This document shows, one piece after another, positions 40,501 through 50,406 of a stretch of 64,000 nt of DNA (positions are counted from its first letter, which is position 1; every line of letters starts with the position of its first letter). The translations under genes were made by a program, and so were the position numbers. Origin of the DNA: an uncultured Candidatus Saccharibacteria bacterium (GTDB lineage: Bacteria > Patescibacteriota > Minisyncoccia > Phycocordibacterales > UBA918); NCBI GenBank assembly GCA_964350735.1, contig CAYGKO010000004.1, positions 19,583 through 83,582 of the forward strand, written 5' to 3'. Under the pieces are notes generated by a model. It saw only the letters and a program-made list of their open reading frames with translations, was not told the origin of the DNA and ran no database searches.

Positions 40501-41778
40501 TCAAACAATCAGCTCTCGTAATAACTCCTGCTGTAGCTGATTGGTTGGATCATATTTGCCCAGCAATACAGATTCGAACAACTCAGGGCGCTCAGCCATG
40601 GCTGCCCACATACGTAAATTACCTTCGAGATATAACTTATCTTTTAAGAAGCAGAGTCCTGGCAATGCAGGATTACCGCCACGGAAGATTCGTACACATA
40701 AGCGCCACACATACTCTGTTGCTACAATATCAACATCATCTCGATTATGGCGACTGAAGCGATCGATGTAATACGGCTCCAAAAATGCAAAGGTCTCCTG
40801 GAAATCACGAGACTTCCCATCGAACAATCCTGTTGCTACCCCCAAGGCAAAGTATTTATCCCGGCCTGAAAATCGAAACTCACCAGCAACCAGTTGACTA
40901 CTCATAATGGCCAAACCTTCCTCTGCCGCCTGATACCCCGCCAACCCAATCGCCAAGAGCTGGAGAGGGCTTTTAAAGCCATTTTCGTACCGTCTAACGT
41001 GCACGCCAACCTCATGTGCATAGAGTTGATGTATTTTATCTGCGGAATATCGAGCTTTCTTGGGGATGAGGATTACCTGGCTTTTGTTCCGCACGTTGAT
41101 AGTATTTGTACGAGTACTCACCTTGCAGCGCCATTTTGGTGCAACTTTTTGTAGATTTTCGTTCCAAATTTCGACAACCTGATCCGCTGTATATGTGTCA
41201 TGACTCTGTTCCGTCAAGAACTGCAGCGGCTCCAGATACTTTTCTGCACTACTAATGGTGTCTGCTGTTGGCACAACAAACACATCACTATGTGAAGAAG
41301 GGTGTCTCTGAACACGTATTTGCAAATCTTTAATATACGGTGAGTGCCCGGCCATGTCAGATAAAACTGCATCAAAAATAGTCTTATCTAAAGACCCATA
41401 AAGCTTTTCTGTATACATACTGAACTGCGAATAATCCGCGGTTGCGGTTGCTGAGAGCATATCAAGGGAAAGTAGTAGTTCATCAACCTTTTGAAGATAG
41501 AGCGTTGATATTGACTTTTGGGCCTCTTCTTGTAGTATTTTACTTCGCAGGCTCAAAAGCTTGCCTTTCGCAACCGCATTCGCATTTTCATCTAGAAATA
41601 GATACTCGAATTGCGGATTAATTTTTTTACCTGAAGCCACAAAGGTATTAAAACAACTACGCATATTTACCGGCTTGATAGCATACGACCGCACTGCAGT
41701 TGGCAGAGAGAAAGAACGTAACGCCGTGAACCACTGCGCATCATTTTTCCTTAATTCTGGTTCAATCAATTTCATCAT
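40501..41778 (-). CDS. DUF1704 / MATCAP-like zinc metallo-carboxypeptidase
   Basis: HEVGVH (HExxxH), R.ENG, EEGLA, R..RG, KD..YLEG, LLGK. Confidence 0.85.
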   Translation of the reverse strand: MMKLIEPELRKNDAQWFTALRSFSLPTAVRSYAIKPVNMRSCFNTFVASGKKINPQFEYLFLDENANAVAKGKLLSLRSKILQEEAQKSISTLYLQKVDELLLSLDMLSATATADYSQFSMYTEKLYGSLDKTIFDAVLSDMAGHSPYIKDLQIRVQRHPSSHSDVFVVPTADTISSAEKYLEPLQFLTEQSHDTYTADQVVEIWNENLQKVAPKWRCKVSTRTNTINVRNKSQVILIPKKARYSADKIHQLYAHEVGVHVRRYENGFKSPLQLLAIGLAGYQAAEEGLAIMSSQLVAGEFRFSGRDKYFALGVATGLFDGKSRDFQETFAFLEPYYIDRFSRHNRDDVDIVATEYVWRLCVRIFRGGNPALPGLCFLKDKLYLEGNLRMWAAMAERPELFESVLLGKYDPTNQLQQELLRELIV

Positions 41779-41795
41779 TATAATGACTATAAGTT

Positions 41796-42776
41796 ATGGC
41801 AGCTAAAGTTACAAATCTACAAATACTCAAACGGGCCGCAAAAAAGTTCGGATACAGCTACGGTCTCATTGATACCCCTTATTCAGAGGCTATTTATGTT
41901 ACTGATGGTGAGCGCCATTTTATCTCTCGTTCCAAAACAAAATATGGGATGTACCCAACTAACTATAAGTTCGGTGAGCACCTAGTCGATGACAAGGCAG
42001 TGACCAAACGAGTTCTAAAAAAATTTGGCTTTCGGGTTATTAAAGGCAAGGCTTTTCATATTGCCCCTCCCTACAAGCAGGCCATTACGATCAAACAAGC
42101 TGATCGGGTTCCAGCGGCGTATAAGTACGCAAAAAACATCACGTACCCTGTGTTTGTAAAACCAAACTCTGGGTCCCGCGGACTGCACGCAAGACTTATT
42201 TTCAATGAAAGTGCTTTCAAAAAACATGTTGCTACCATGAAAGCTGACAAGGTTAAATCATTTATCGTTGAGAAGTTCACTCAGAGACCAGAGTACCGCA
42301 TTTTTGTAGTAGGTGGTAAAGCTCAATTCATGTATCGCAAACAACGGGTTTCGATCACTGGTACCGGAACCCACACCATCGACGAACTCATTGAACTCTC
42401 TAACCATATCCCAGATGAAGAATTCCTCGGTCAACTACTACGAAATCAAAAGAAAACCCGTAATACAGTCCTCAGTTCAGACCATGAGCTTGTGCTGCAA
42501 GAAACAGCCAATATCAGTCTAGGTGCTGAAATTATTGATTACCGAGAAAAAATCCCTAAGTCTATCGACAAATGGACTAATCGACTCTACCAAACTGTTG
42601 GATTAGAAGTATTTGGCGTTGACGTATTCACTAAAGGTGAATGGGATGAACCAAATCAATATCTCATCATTGAAGTCAACTCTTCACCAGCCCTGTCTGG
42701 GATATACAACAAGGGACACCAAGAAAAGGTCTACAAGATCTGGCAAAGAATCATGACAAAATTCTTCGTTTCTTAA
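41796..42776 (+). CDS. Stand-alone ATP-grasp ligase (CphA/GshF-like domain)
   Basis: DDK..TK, YPVFVKPNSGSRG, EYRIFV, ITGTGTHTIDELI, ANISLG, GVD, IIEVNSSP. Confidence 0.88.
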   Translation: MAAKVTNLQILKRAAKKFGYSYGLIDTPYSEAIYVTDGERHFISRSKTKYGMYPTNYKFGEHLVDDKAVTKRVLKKFGFRVIKGKAFHIAPPYKQAITIKQADRVPAAYKYAKNITYPVFVKPNSGSRGLHARLIFNESAFKKHVATMKADKVKSFIVEKFTQRPEYRIFVVGGKAQFMYRKQRVSITGTGTHTIDELIELSNHIPDEEFLGQLLRNQKKTRNTVLSSDHELVLQETANISLGAEIIDYREKIPKSIDKWTNRLYQTVGLEVFGVDVFTKGEWDEPNQYLIIEVNSSPALSGIYNKGHQEKVYKIWQRIMTKFFVS

Positions 42777-42989
42777 GACCTCAACGCAGCTAAACACTCC
42801 ATCAAGAAATCATAACTGTACAATACCTGCATTCAGCATGCAGGTGTCTCATCCGCTTTTATACATAATGTCATAATACAGAGCTTGGAATAGCCACCTC
42901 GTGGTATGCTCTACAAGCATAGATGCTCGTTATTTTTAGATTTCTGGCACCAGAAGATTACTAATCCCCCACCTAAAACCAAATTAACC

Positions 42990-43943
42990 ATGGCTCGCGT
43001 CTTACACATTGAACTACTACTCAAAGCTGCCCGGAAGATGAAACTGACTGCCATGGACGTCTCGGATGCCGGCGATAAGTCAAAGCTATTTATTAGCAAT
43101 GAATCTCTCTGCTATGTTGCTCATGATGACTATTTATATCCTGATGTCTCGATGTGGCAACGTCGCCTAATGGCAAACAAAATACTGACCCAACAAGTAC
43201 TGACCAAGTTAAAATACAAAACAATTAAGTCGTTTGATTTCAGCCCTCGAGACTACGACACTGCATCTGCTTTAGTAAAAGCGGTGAAGAAGTGCCCTGT
43301 AAAGTACCCTGCTATCACTAAGATAAACAGTGGTACGTACGGCTTAGGTATTGTTTTTCTTTCTAATGAAAAAGAACTAATTAAAAGCGTAACTGAATTA
43401 CATAGTGAGAAGAAACGCTTTATGATTCAGCCTGTACACTGGCATGATGAGTATCGAATTACCTTTATCGGAGGAAAACCTATTATGGTTCATAAAAAGC
43501 GTCTACCCCAAATTACCGGGGATGGTAGGTCAACTGTAGCAAGCCTACTGGAGAAACAACCTACAGAATTAAAGGACCAAAACTTCATTGCCTGGAACCT
43601 TGCCAAGCATAAACTTACCCCAAAAAGTATACTGGATGAAAATCAATTTTTAGCTACACACATCATCAAAAAACGGACCCCTGACTACTACAAAGTTACT
43701 AACTTCCCGACAGAGGTTGTGGCTTGGGGGAAGCAACTACTGACCGATCTCTCCATTAAAACCTGCGCCATTGATTTCATGGCTCCTAAAGGCCTCGAGC
43801 ATCCCGACCAGTTCATAATCTTCGAATTGAATTCCAATCCGCACTGGACGTATGTCATTGATGAACTCAACGACCGTGACACCCCTGTAAACATCTGCCA
43901 ACATATCTTAACTTCATATTTTGGAAGAAGTACAAAACGCTAA
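42990..43943 (+). CDS. Stand-alone ATP-grasp ligase, paralog 2
   Basis: YPAITKINSGTYGLG, EYRITF, ITGDGRSTV, AIDF, IFELNSNP. Start at MARVLH. Confidence 0.85.
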   Translation: MARVLHIELLLKAARKMKLTAMDVSDAGDKSKLFISNESLCYVAHDDYLYPDVSMWQRRLMANKILTQQVLTKLKYKTIKSFDFSPRDYDTASALVKAVKKCPVKYPAITKINSGTYGLGIVFLSNEKELIKSVTELHSEKKRFMIQPVHWHDEYRITFIGGKPIMVHKKRLPQITGDGRSTVASLLEKQPTELKDQNFIAWNLAKHKLTPKSILDENQFLATHIIKKRTPDYYKVTNFPTEVVAWGKQLLTDLSIKTCAIDFMAPKGLEHPDQFIIFELNSNPHWTYVIDELNDRDTPVNICQHILTSYFGRSTKR

Positions 43944-43984
43944 CCGACGAGAACTTATCTATACTAACCTAATCTAAATTACCC

Positions 43985-44929
43985 ATGGCTAACATTAAGC
44001 ACGCTGGTTTCATAGTGAAAGAAGCCCGGAAAATGGGTGTAACTGTGAGTGATATTTCTAACTTGAAAGATCAGACTAAAATTCTCCTTAGTAACGGCAA
44101 AAAACGCTTCATATTAAGTGATGAACATTTATACCCTGATGTTACTGTTTGGCAGCGTCGGATGATGTGCGACAAAATGTTGACGCAAAAGATTCTCACC
44201 AAACTCAAGTATAAAACCATTCATTCTTTTGATTTTAATAGTCGTAAATACAACAGCCAGAAAGAATTTCTGACAGCCATTAAGAAATGTCACCTGTCCT
44301 ACCCTGTCATTACGAAAGTAAACAAAGGAACCTACGGACTTGGTGTCACCTTCATTGCTAACGAAGCAGAACTTCTTCATAGCGCCAAAGAACTTTTTGT
44401 CGCCCGGCAACGCTTCATGATCCAGCCGATGCTCTGGCACACAGAATATCGCGTCACTTTTATTCACGGCGCACCAATCATGGTCTACAAAAAACTACTC
44501 CCCCAGGTAGTTGGTAACGGCGCAGCTACAATGGGGGAACTGCTGTCAAAACAAGCAGACGATCAAAAAGATGCGAACTTCATCAAATGGAATCTTTCAC
44601 GCCAAAAATTGGGACTTAAGAGTGTCTTAGCAGCTGGTGAAATATTTGAAACTCATATCGTTAAGAACGTCACTCACGAATACTACAAAGACGCTAAGTT
44701 TCCAAAAGAAGTACTTGGCTGGGGACAATCACTACTCCGCGACTTATCAATCAAAACAGTTGGAGTGGACTTCATGGCCCCAGCTGGACTTGATCACTCT
44801 GAACAGTTCATCATTTTTGAACTTAATTCCAATCCACACTGGACTCACGTAATCGAGGAGCTTAATGACTATGAAACCCCACGCAAAATCAGTCGCCATA
44901 TTCTGAAGTCTTATTTTGGAGCAAAATAA
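43985..44929 (+). CDS. Stand-alone ATP-grasp ligase, paralog 3
   Basis: YPVITKVNKGTYGLG, EYRVTF, VVGNG, GVDF, IFELNSNP. Close paralog of 42990..43943. Confidence 0.85.
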   Translation: MANIKHAGFIVKEARKMGVTVSDISNLKDQTKILLSNGKKRFILSDEHLYPDVTVWQRRMMCDKMLTQKILTKLKYKTIHSFDFNSRKYNSQKEFLTAIKKCHLSYPVITKVNKGTYGLGVTFIANEAELLHSAKELFVARQRFMIQPMLWHTEYRVTFIHGAPIMVYKKLLPQVVGNGAATMGELLSKQADDQKDANFIKWNLSRQKLGLKSVLAAGEIFETHIVKNVTHEYYKDAKFPKEVLGWGQSLLRDLSIKTVGVDFMAPAGLDHSEQFIIFELNSNPHWTHVIEELNDYETPRKISRHILKSYFGAK

Positions 44930-44969
44930 CTAAACCCTCCTACTGTGCCCTATTAGGGTAATGATGAGA

Positions 44970-45638
44970 TCAGATTCCAAACTCAACCGCAGGTTCTGTT
45001 ACTACTGTTTCCTCACTTTGGATACCAAGGGCAGCTTCAATAAGACTGATCAGGTCTGCATACGAAGCAAACTGAATTCGCTCCCCATTAAGCGTGAAAG
45101 TCGGAGTACCGGTGAAACCAAGCTGTTGAGCGGTACGGAACTCTTCCATAATTTTATCGTCAATGACTGATGCATTGAGGTGCCGCTTATACAGCCCCAT
45201 ATCAAGTCCGATCTCTTCTGCGTATTGCTCAAAATACACATTCGGTGAAGCAGCGTTGCTCCACACTCGTTGATTTTCAAAAATCTTGTCGTGCATCGCA
45301 AAGAACTTCCCTTGTTGTCCCGCGGCTTCAGCCGCACGAGCTGCGGTCACCGCTGAAGGATGGATAGTAATGAGCGGGAAATGATTGTATTCAAATCGAA
45401 TCTGTTCACCGTATTGACTCAAAATGTCATCCACAACTGGTGCAGCCTGGGCACAGGCTGGGCACTGAAAGTCACTGTATTTAGCCAATACTACTGCTGC
45501 CTCTGGATTCCCCTTTACATGCTCAGAAAAAACAATTCCTTCATTTGCCTCATTGGCAGCATTATTACTATATACAAACGACCCTACTAACAACAAAACA
45601 GCAACGACACCAAAAATTTTCCACATGTGATTTTTCAT
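44970..45638 (-). CDS. dsbA: DsbA-family thiol-disulfide oxidoreductase
   Basis: YSDFQCPAC, HFPL, GTPTF, N-terminal TM. Confidence 0.9.
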   Translation of the reverse strand: MKNHMWKIFGVVAVLLLVGSFVYSNNAANEANEGIVFSEHVKGNPEAAVVLAKYSDFQCPACAQAAPVVDDILSQYGEQIRFEYNHFPLITIHPSAVTAARAAEAAGQQGKFFAMHDKIFENQRVWSNAASPNVYFEQYAEEIGLDMGLYKRHLNASVIDDKIMEEFRTAQQLGFTGTPTFTLNGERIQFASYADLISLIEAALGIQSEETVVTEPAVEFGI

Positions 45639-45680
45639 ATACTTAGTACTATACCAAACTAGTACGAAGCGCCCAATATT

Positions 45681-46442
45681 TTATTTCAAAGCGGCTGGAT
45701 GTTGGGCGCTCCACGCCGCCGCCAACACTGCAGCAGACACTGAGGCGTTCAATGACTCAACCCGAGGATGGATTGCGATTGAAAGCAGCTCGTCGCACTC
45801 TTCACGTGTTTTCTCTCGAATCCCTTTCCCTTCATTCCCGACTACAAAGACTGTGGGATGATCAAATTGCATATCGGCCAAAGTGACGTCTCCTTCTCCA
45901 GCCAGGCCAAAACTTTTAAAGTTATGTTCTTTGAGTTTTTGGAGCGTACGGTTGATATTGGCTACTCGCACCAATGGTACTGAAAATGCCGCTCCGGCTG
46001 AAGTCTTAATAACCGTACCGGTTACAGGACAACCACGATGCTCTGGAATCAAAACTGCTGAAAAGCCGAAGGCAGCGGCTGAGCGAATAATCGCGCCTAC
46101 ATTATGCGGATCTTGTACCTCCCCCAAAATCATCAAGGCAGTATCTGGCGAAACATCCAATTCACGCAAGAATGGGGTGAATTCTTGTAGTAACTTACTC
46201 GTGTCAATCAGTGCCATCATTCCTTGATGTACCACCCGATCGTCTGCGTACTGTGCTGCACGCTTTGGGAAACCCTTTCGATCAAACAGCTCTACATCTG
46301 GTAGTCGACGCAACTTAGCTGCTAAAGCTTCGTCTTTCAATACATTCTGCTGCACAAAAACTGTCGCCAATGCATCTGGCCGTTTTTTTATCGCTTCAAT
46401 TACGGCGTTTTTGCCGTATATCAATACTAAGTCTTCATTCAT
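45681..46442 (-). CDS. rlmB: 23S rRNA G2251 2'-O-methyltransferase (TrmH family)
   Basis: IYGKNAVIEA, HQG, QDPHNVGAIIRSA, GNEGKG, ESLNASV. Confidence 0.9.
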   Translation of the reverse strand: MNEDLVLIYGKNAVIEAIKKRPDALATVFVQQNVLKDEALAAKLRRLPDVELFDRKGFPKRAAQYADDRVVHQGMMALIDTSKLLQEFTPFLRELDVSPDTALMILGEVQDPHNVGAIIRSAAAFGFSAVLIPEHRGCPVTGTVIKTSAGAAFSVPLVRVANINRTLQKLKEHNFKSFGLAGEGDVTLADMQFDHPTVFVVGNEGKGIREKTREECDELLSIAIHPRVESLNASVSAAVLAAAWSAQHPAALK

Positions 46443-46509
46443 GGCGGCTAGCATAGCACGCTTGCACCAATATTGCTATTAAACCGAACTCGTGGTCTAA
46501 TACTGCCTT

Positions 46510-47241
46510 ATGGCCAAACGCCCTTTCATCCGCAAACAAAAACGTAAAAAACACGGTGCGACTTTTTGGGACCACGAATATACTGAAGGGGGCCACTTAA
46601 AACTCTCTGTGAACCCTAGTGAAGACTTGGAGAAATTCACCCGCTGGCTGACTCGACAAACTGGTAACGAACTACTCAATCCCACCAATTCAGCCATCGA
46701 CGTCGGTTGCGGGAATGGGCGTAACTTAGTCTTTTTGGCCCGTGAATTCGGCATGAGTGGCATCGGCTATGACATCTCTAACGCCGCCATTAAGCAAGCG
46801 GTCCAAGTCTCGACCGAATACAATATCCAATATGAATCCCGTTCCATCGCTGGACCGCTTAAGGTTCCTGCCGAATCACAAACCCTGGTCCTTGATATGA
46901 TGACCTCTCACTTCCTGAATGAGGCTGAACGCACCATGTTACGAGCCGAAGCTTTTGCAGCATTAAAACCGGGCGGGTATTTATTTATGAAAACCTTTCT
47001 CCGTGATGGCGATATGCACACCACCCGCCTGCTCCGTGAATTCGGCACTGACGAAGAAGGTACGTATATGCACCCCGTTATGGGTATGGCCGAACATGCC
47101 TACTATGAAGCTGAGCTACTTGAATTCCTGGGCGAACAATTTGAAGTCAGAAAACTGTACCGTTCACACAAACACGTCTCACACGGTCGAGCCCGCAAGC
47201 GCCGAACTATCTCTGTCTACGCCCAAAAACCGTTGTGGTAG
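46510..47241 (+). CDS. Class I SAM-dependent methyltransferase
   Basis: IDVGCGNGRN, GYDIS, LKPGG. Confidence 0.88.
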   Translation: MAKRPFIRKQKRKKHGATFWDHEYTEGGHLKLSVNPSEDLEKFTRWLTRQTGNELLNPTNSAIDVGCGNGRNLVFLAREFGMSGIGYDISNAAIKQAVQVSTEYNIQYESRSIAGPLKVPAESQTLVLDMMTSHFLNEAERTMLRAEAFAALKPGGYLFMKTFLRDGDMHTTRLLREFGTDEEGTYMHPVMGMAEHAYYEAELLEFLGEQFEVRKLYRSHKHVSHGRARKRRTISVYAQKPLW

Positions 47242-47242
47242 C

Positions 47243-47656
47243 TTACATTGCTGTTTTAAACCAGTCTTCAGGAAATTCTTCAATCGTCACATCGATCTTC
47301 TCTGCTAAGAGCCGCTCTTTTACTGCTCCCCCCGACTCTTTCCACCGGGGCAAAAAGAATGCTGCTGCCAGCTTTCCAGACTCCATAATTGGTTGATGAA
47401 AGTAGTTGATAATATCATCATGGTCAAAATTTCGGCCTTGGATATATTTTTCTGAATCACCAAATTTCCACACCGTGTATCCACGCTGCTCTAATATCTC
47501 TTCTGCTGCTTCCAGGCGATCAGCATTACGCTGGTAACCAGCTTCCCCATCACAGGTAAGCGGACCACAGACACGCACTACTGGAGATTGCATCGTCGAA
47601 ATACGCTCAATCTCGAACTGGGCTAGATGTAATAAAAATTTCTGATCTTCAGTCAT
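47243..47656 (-). CDS. Hypothetical protein (DUF4406/NDT-like fold)
   Basis: VCGPLT...FLPRWKESGGAVKE pattern. Confidence 0.6.
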   Translation of the reverse strand: MTEDQKFLLHLAQFEIERISTMQSPVVRVCGPLTCDGEAGYQRNADRLEAAEEILEQRGYTVWKFGDSEKYIQGRNFDHDDIINYFHQPIMESGKLAAAFFLPRWKESGGAVKERLLAEKIDVTIEEFPEDWFKTAM

Positions 47657-47680
47657 TTAATCCCATGCTATCATATTTCC

Positions 47681-48055
47681 ATGAACTTCATCATCAGAAA
47701 TAGTAAGCGCCTCGGCTTTGGATTTACCGGTATTTTTTACGCATTGCGGACTGATTTTAGTTACCGCACCATGTTTTATGGTGGCGGAGCTTTTATTACT
47801 GTAGTGTGTTTTTTCTTATGGCCCCTTACCGACAGCGAATTACTGTTTATTACACTGTCCTGGGTGCTCGTTATCATCACTGAACTCCAAAATTCATCAT
47901 TTGAAGCTGCACTAGACCGCATCCATCCTGAAATGCACGACTCAATTGGTAAAAGCAAAGACATGGCGGCTGGAGCAGTACTAACCGCTAGCGCTTTTAT
48001 GTTGTTTGTACTTGGCGTAATCACCTACAGTAGACTTGAATATCTATTTTACTAG
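47681..48055 (+). CDS. dgkA: Diacylglycerol/undecaprenol kinase
   Basis: ELQNSSFEAALD..HP......SKDMAAGAVL. Confidence 0.9.
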   Translation: MNFIIRNSKRLGFGFTGIFYALRTDFSYRTMFYGGGAFITVVCFFLWPLTDSELLFITLSWVLVIITELQNSSFEAALDRIHPEMHDSIGKSKDMAAGAVLTASAFMLFVLGVITYSRLEYLFY

Positions 48056-48090
48056 CTGTATCTAATCCAAAACTAGAAAATTACTATTAT

Positions 48091-48849
48091 TTAGTCTGCA
48101 AACTCAACTCGTTTTACCTCAACTCCCGCTTCAGTCAATTGACCGAACACCTGTACTACGGCGGTCTCGTTAAATTCATCCGGGACACATACTCGATCAG
48201 CGGCACCCGGTACTACACACGTACTGCCTTCGTCAAAAAACAACGGCGCGGTCTGTCCGAACACGTTATTTTCCTCATAGACTAAATGCCAGTATTGCGG
48301 ATCTAGTGGTGGCGGTACACTCTTGAGCAAATTTCCTTTACGCTCGAAACTAAATTCTCCCACCGGAGCTGATTCCCCGCTGGTGCAGACAATATCGGTA
48401 ATCTGCCATTGTCCATCGACTGCCACTAACGAGACTTCTGCTCGTAGTGGTGAGATTTCACCTTTAGGAATTATCAAATATTGCGCTTTCAGCTCTTCTT
48501 CAAAAATCACTTTGATTCCGATTCTATTTGGAGCAGCGAGTTGACACAAAACTGGGTCTACCTGATCCTCACTAACTTCAGTTTGACTGGCACGCAACCT
48601 GGTTGCCAAATCTAGTCCCAGATGAGGTGACGAAATTAAATCAGACTGATATGGGTCAGTCGAAGTCGATTGTACTGCTGCCAACCACGTATCATAGAAC
48701 TCCAGCACTATATCAACCCGATCTTCAGTCGGAATCGCTACATCTGTTGCCGCCTCCTCATTCTGACTAGAAGTTCCGAACAAACTCCATCCAGCTACTA
48801 CTAGTAATACCAACCCTACTAAGCCGCCAATGATGTATTTTTTATTCAT
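48091..48849 (-). CDS. Membrane-anchored hypothetical protein (NTF2/DUF3828-like N-domain)
   Basis: EFYDTW, DPVLCQ, WQITDIVC. Confidence 0.6.
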   Translation of the reverse strand: MNKKYIIGGLVGLVLLVVAGWSLFGTSSQNEEAATDVAIPTEDRVDIVLEFYDTWLAAVQSTSTDPYQSDLISSPHLGLDLATRLRASQTEVSEDQVDPVLCQLAAPNRIGIKVIFEEELKAQYLIIPKGEISPLRAEVSLVAVDGQWQITDIVCTSGESAPVGEFSFERKGNLLKSVPPPLDPQYWHLVYEENNVFGQTAPLFFDEGSTCVVPGAADRVCVPDEFNETAVVQVFGQLTEAGVEVKRVEFAD

Positions 48850-48909
48850 AGTATTTCATTAAGTACAAATTATAACACTCACCCGATTCAGCCAGCAGTT
48901 GGGTGACTA

Positions 48910-49611
48910 TTAATTCTCTGGCAATCTATCTTCTTTTGAACCATAGAGATCAGCAATGATCGCAGCGCGTTTTTTGAAATTACGTACAGAGAACAGAAGT
49001 GCACCTAGAGTGAATAGTCCTTGCCCAACAGCGATTGGCACATGCCAAGACGCTTCCAGGCTCACTCCTGGATATAAATACAAAAAGAGTAGAGCCGCTA
49101 CATTAAAGAGAACCGTCAGTGGTATCAGCACATACAATCCCAACTTTTGCTCACGCAGTAGCACTTCGTAAAAATCAGCTCCGGCTGGAGTTGCAGCAAT
49201 TTCTACCCTCTGCTCCTTTACAATGGACAGGTCTACGAGGTACAGCAAGCCTCCGAAAATCGATATTAGTAAGAACACCCAGAACCACACCAAAGTATCC
49301 GTCACGTTTGAAAACGCCACCACCTGGAAGAACCCAATCACAAAGTATAAAAAGGTGTGCTGCAAGCGAATTGGCCAATCAATAAAACTAAGAGTGTGAC
49401 TGATCGCTTCAGACCAGAAAAACAAAGCAAATAAAAAACCAGTCAAAATATACGGCCAGTATTCCAGATACTCCAGATCTACAACTGAAGCTGCCGATAC
49501 TGCTAATGCACTAAGTGCTACCCCTTGCACCACACTCACCAAGACCAGCTCAATAGTGACAACCAACTCCCCTAATGTTCCTCGTTCGGTAAAGATTTTT
49601 GCTTTGGACAT
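48910..49611 (-). CDS. Hypothetical multi-pass membrane protein
   Basis: About six TMs. Last gene of the pyk operon (3-nt gap). Confidence 0.7.
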   Translation of the reverse strand: MSKAKIFTERGTLGELVVTIELVLVSVVQGVALSALAVSAASVVDLEYLEYWPYILTGFLFALFFWSEAISHTLSFIDWPIRLQHTFLYFVIGFFQVVAFSNVTDTLVWFWVFLLISIFGGLLYLVDLSIVKEQRVEIAATPAGADFYEVLLREQKLGLYVLIPLTVLFNVAALLFLYLYPGVSLEASWHVPIAVGQGLFTLGALLFSVRNFKKRAAIIADLYGSKEDRLPEN

Positions 49612-49614
49612 ACT

Positions 49615-50403
49615 TTAGAAGTGTGCGACTGCTAACGTCGTATGTTTTATCGCTTCATCAACCACCTTCCGCATCACTGCCACCGTAGCTACCGGGTTGG
49701 CTCCAACTGCAGTTTCATTCGAAAGCATCGTCGCACTCGCACCATCAAGCACAGCATGGGCAATATCTGAAATATCGGCCCGTGATGGATCAGCATCATC
49801 AATCATTGATGTTAGCATTTCAGTTGCCACAATAGCCGGCTTTCCGACAGCATTACAACGTCGTAAAATATCTTTTTTTACAAACGGTAGGGTCTCAATC
49901 GGAATTGCATCCCCCAAGTCACCCCGAGCAATCATAATACCGTCGGCAGCTGTGATAATCTCATCCAGATTATTGAGTGCTTCCGAACGTTCAATTTTGG
50001 CAATTACTTTAGTCGACACTCGGTGATCTTGCAGCAACGCTTTCAATTCCAAAATATCAGTCGCATCTTTTACAAACGACAAGGCAACGTACTCTAAATC
50101 ATGCTTAACCATAGCAGCTAAATCAGAGCGGTCTTTGTCAGTAATAACCGATGCCGATTGGTCAAAAGTATGGACCACACCTTGCTGCACCCTAGGACCA
50201 GACAAATCTTGAATAATTGGCACCTGTAACCCAAGCCTGACAGCTGCTTGACGCACATCATGCACAAACCGCTGATGTTCTTCGTGTGTACCCCACGAGA
50301 AATTAAGTCGCGCTATCGATAAACCAGCTTCCATCATATTGGTGATGATGGCGCTATCTTTTGAAGCCGGACCAATCGTGGCCACAATTTGAGTAGTAGA
50401 CAT
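49615..50403 (-). CDS. pyk: Pyruvate kinase, minimal barrel-only form
   Basis: IVATIGPAS, ARLNFSWG, DLSGP, ALSFV, IAKIE, IMIARGDLG, ATEML.SM, MLSNETAVG. Confidence 0.9.
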   Translation of the reverse strand: MSTTQIVATIGPASKDSAIITNMMEAGLSIARLNFSWGTHEEHQRFVHDVRQAAVRLGLQVPIIQDLSGPRVQQGVVHTFDQSASVITDKDRSDLAAMVKHDLEYVALSFVKDATDILELKALLQDHRVSTKVIAKIERSEALNNLDEIITAADGIMIARGDLGDAIPIETLPFVKKDILRRCNAVGKPAIVATEMLTSMIDDADPSRADISDIAHAVLDGASATMLSNETAVGANPVATVAVMRKVVDEAIKHTTLAVAHF

Positions 50404-50406
50404 ACG

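Noticed and set aside
41796-44929. Calling the ATP-grasp genes cyanophycin synthetase or glutathione synthetase
   Set aside because: They are about 320 aa and lack the Mur-ligase or GshA domains; no cphB is nearby.
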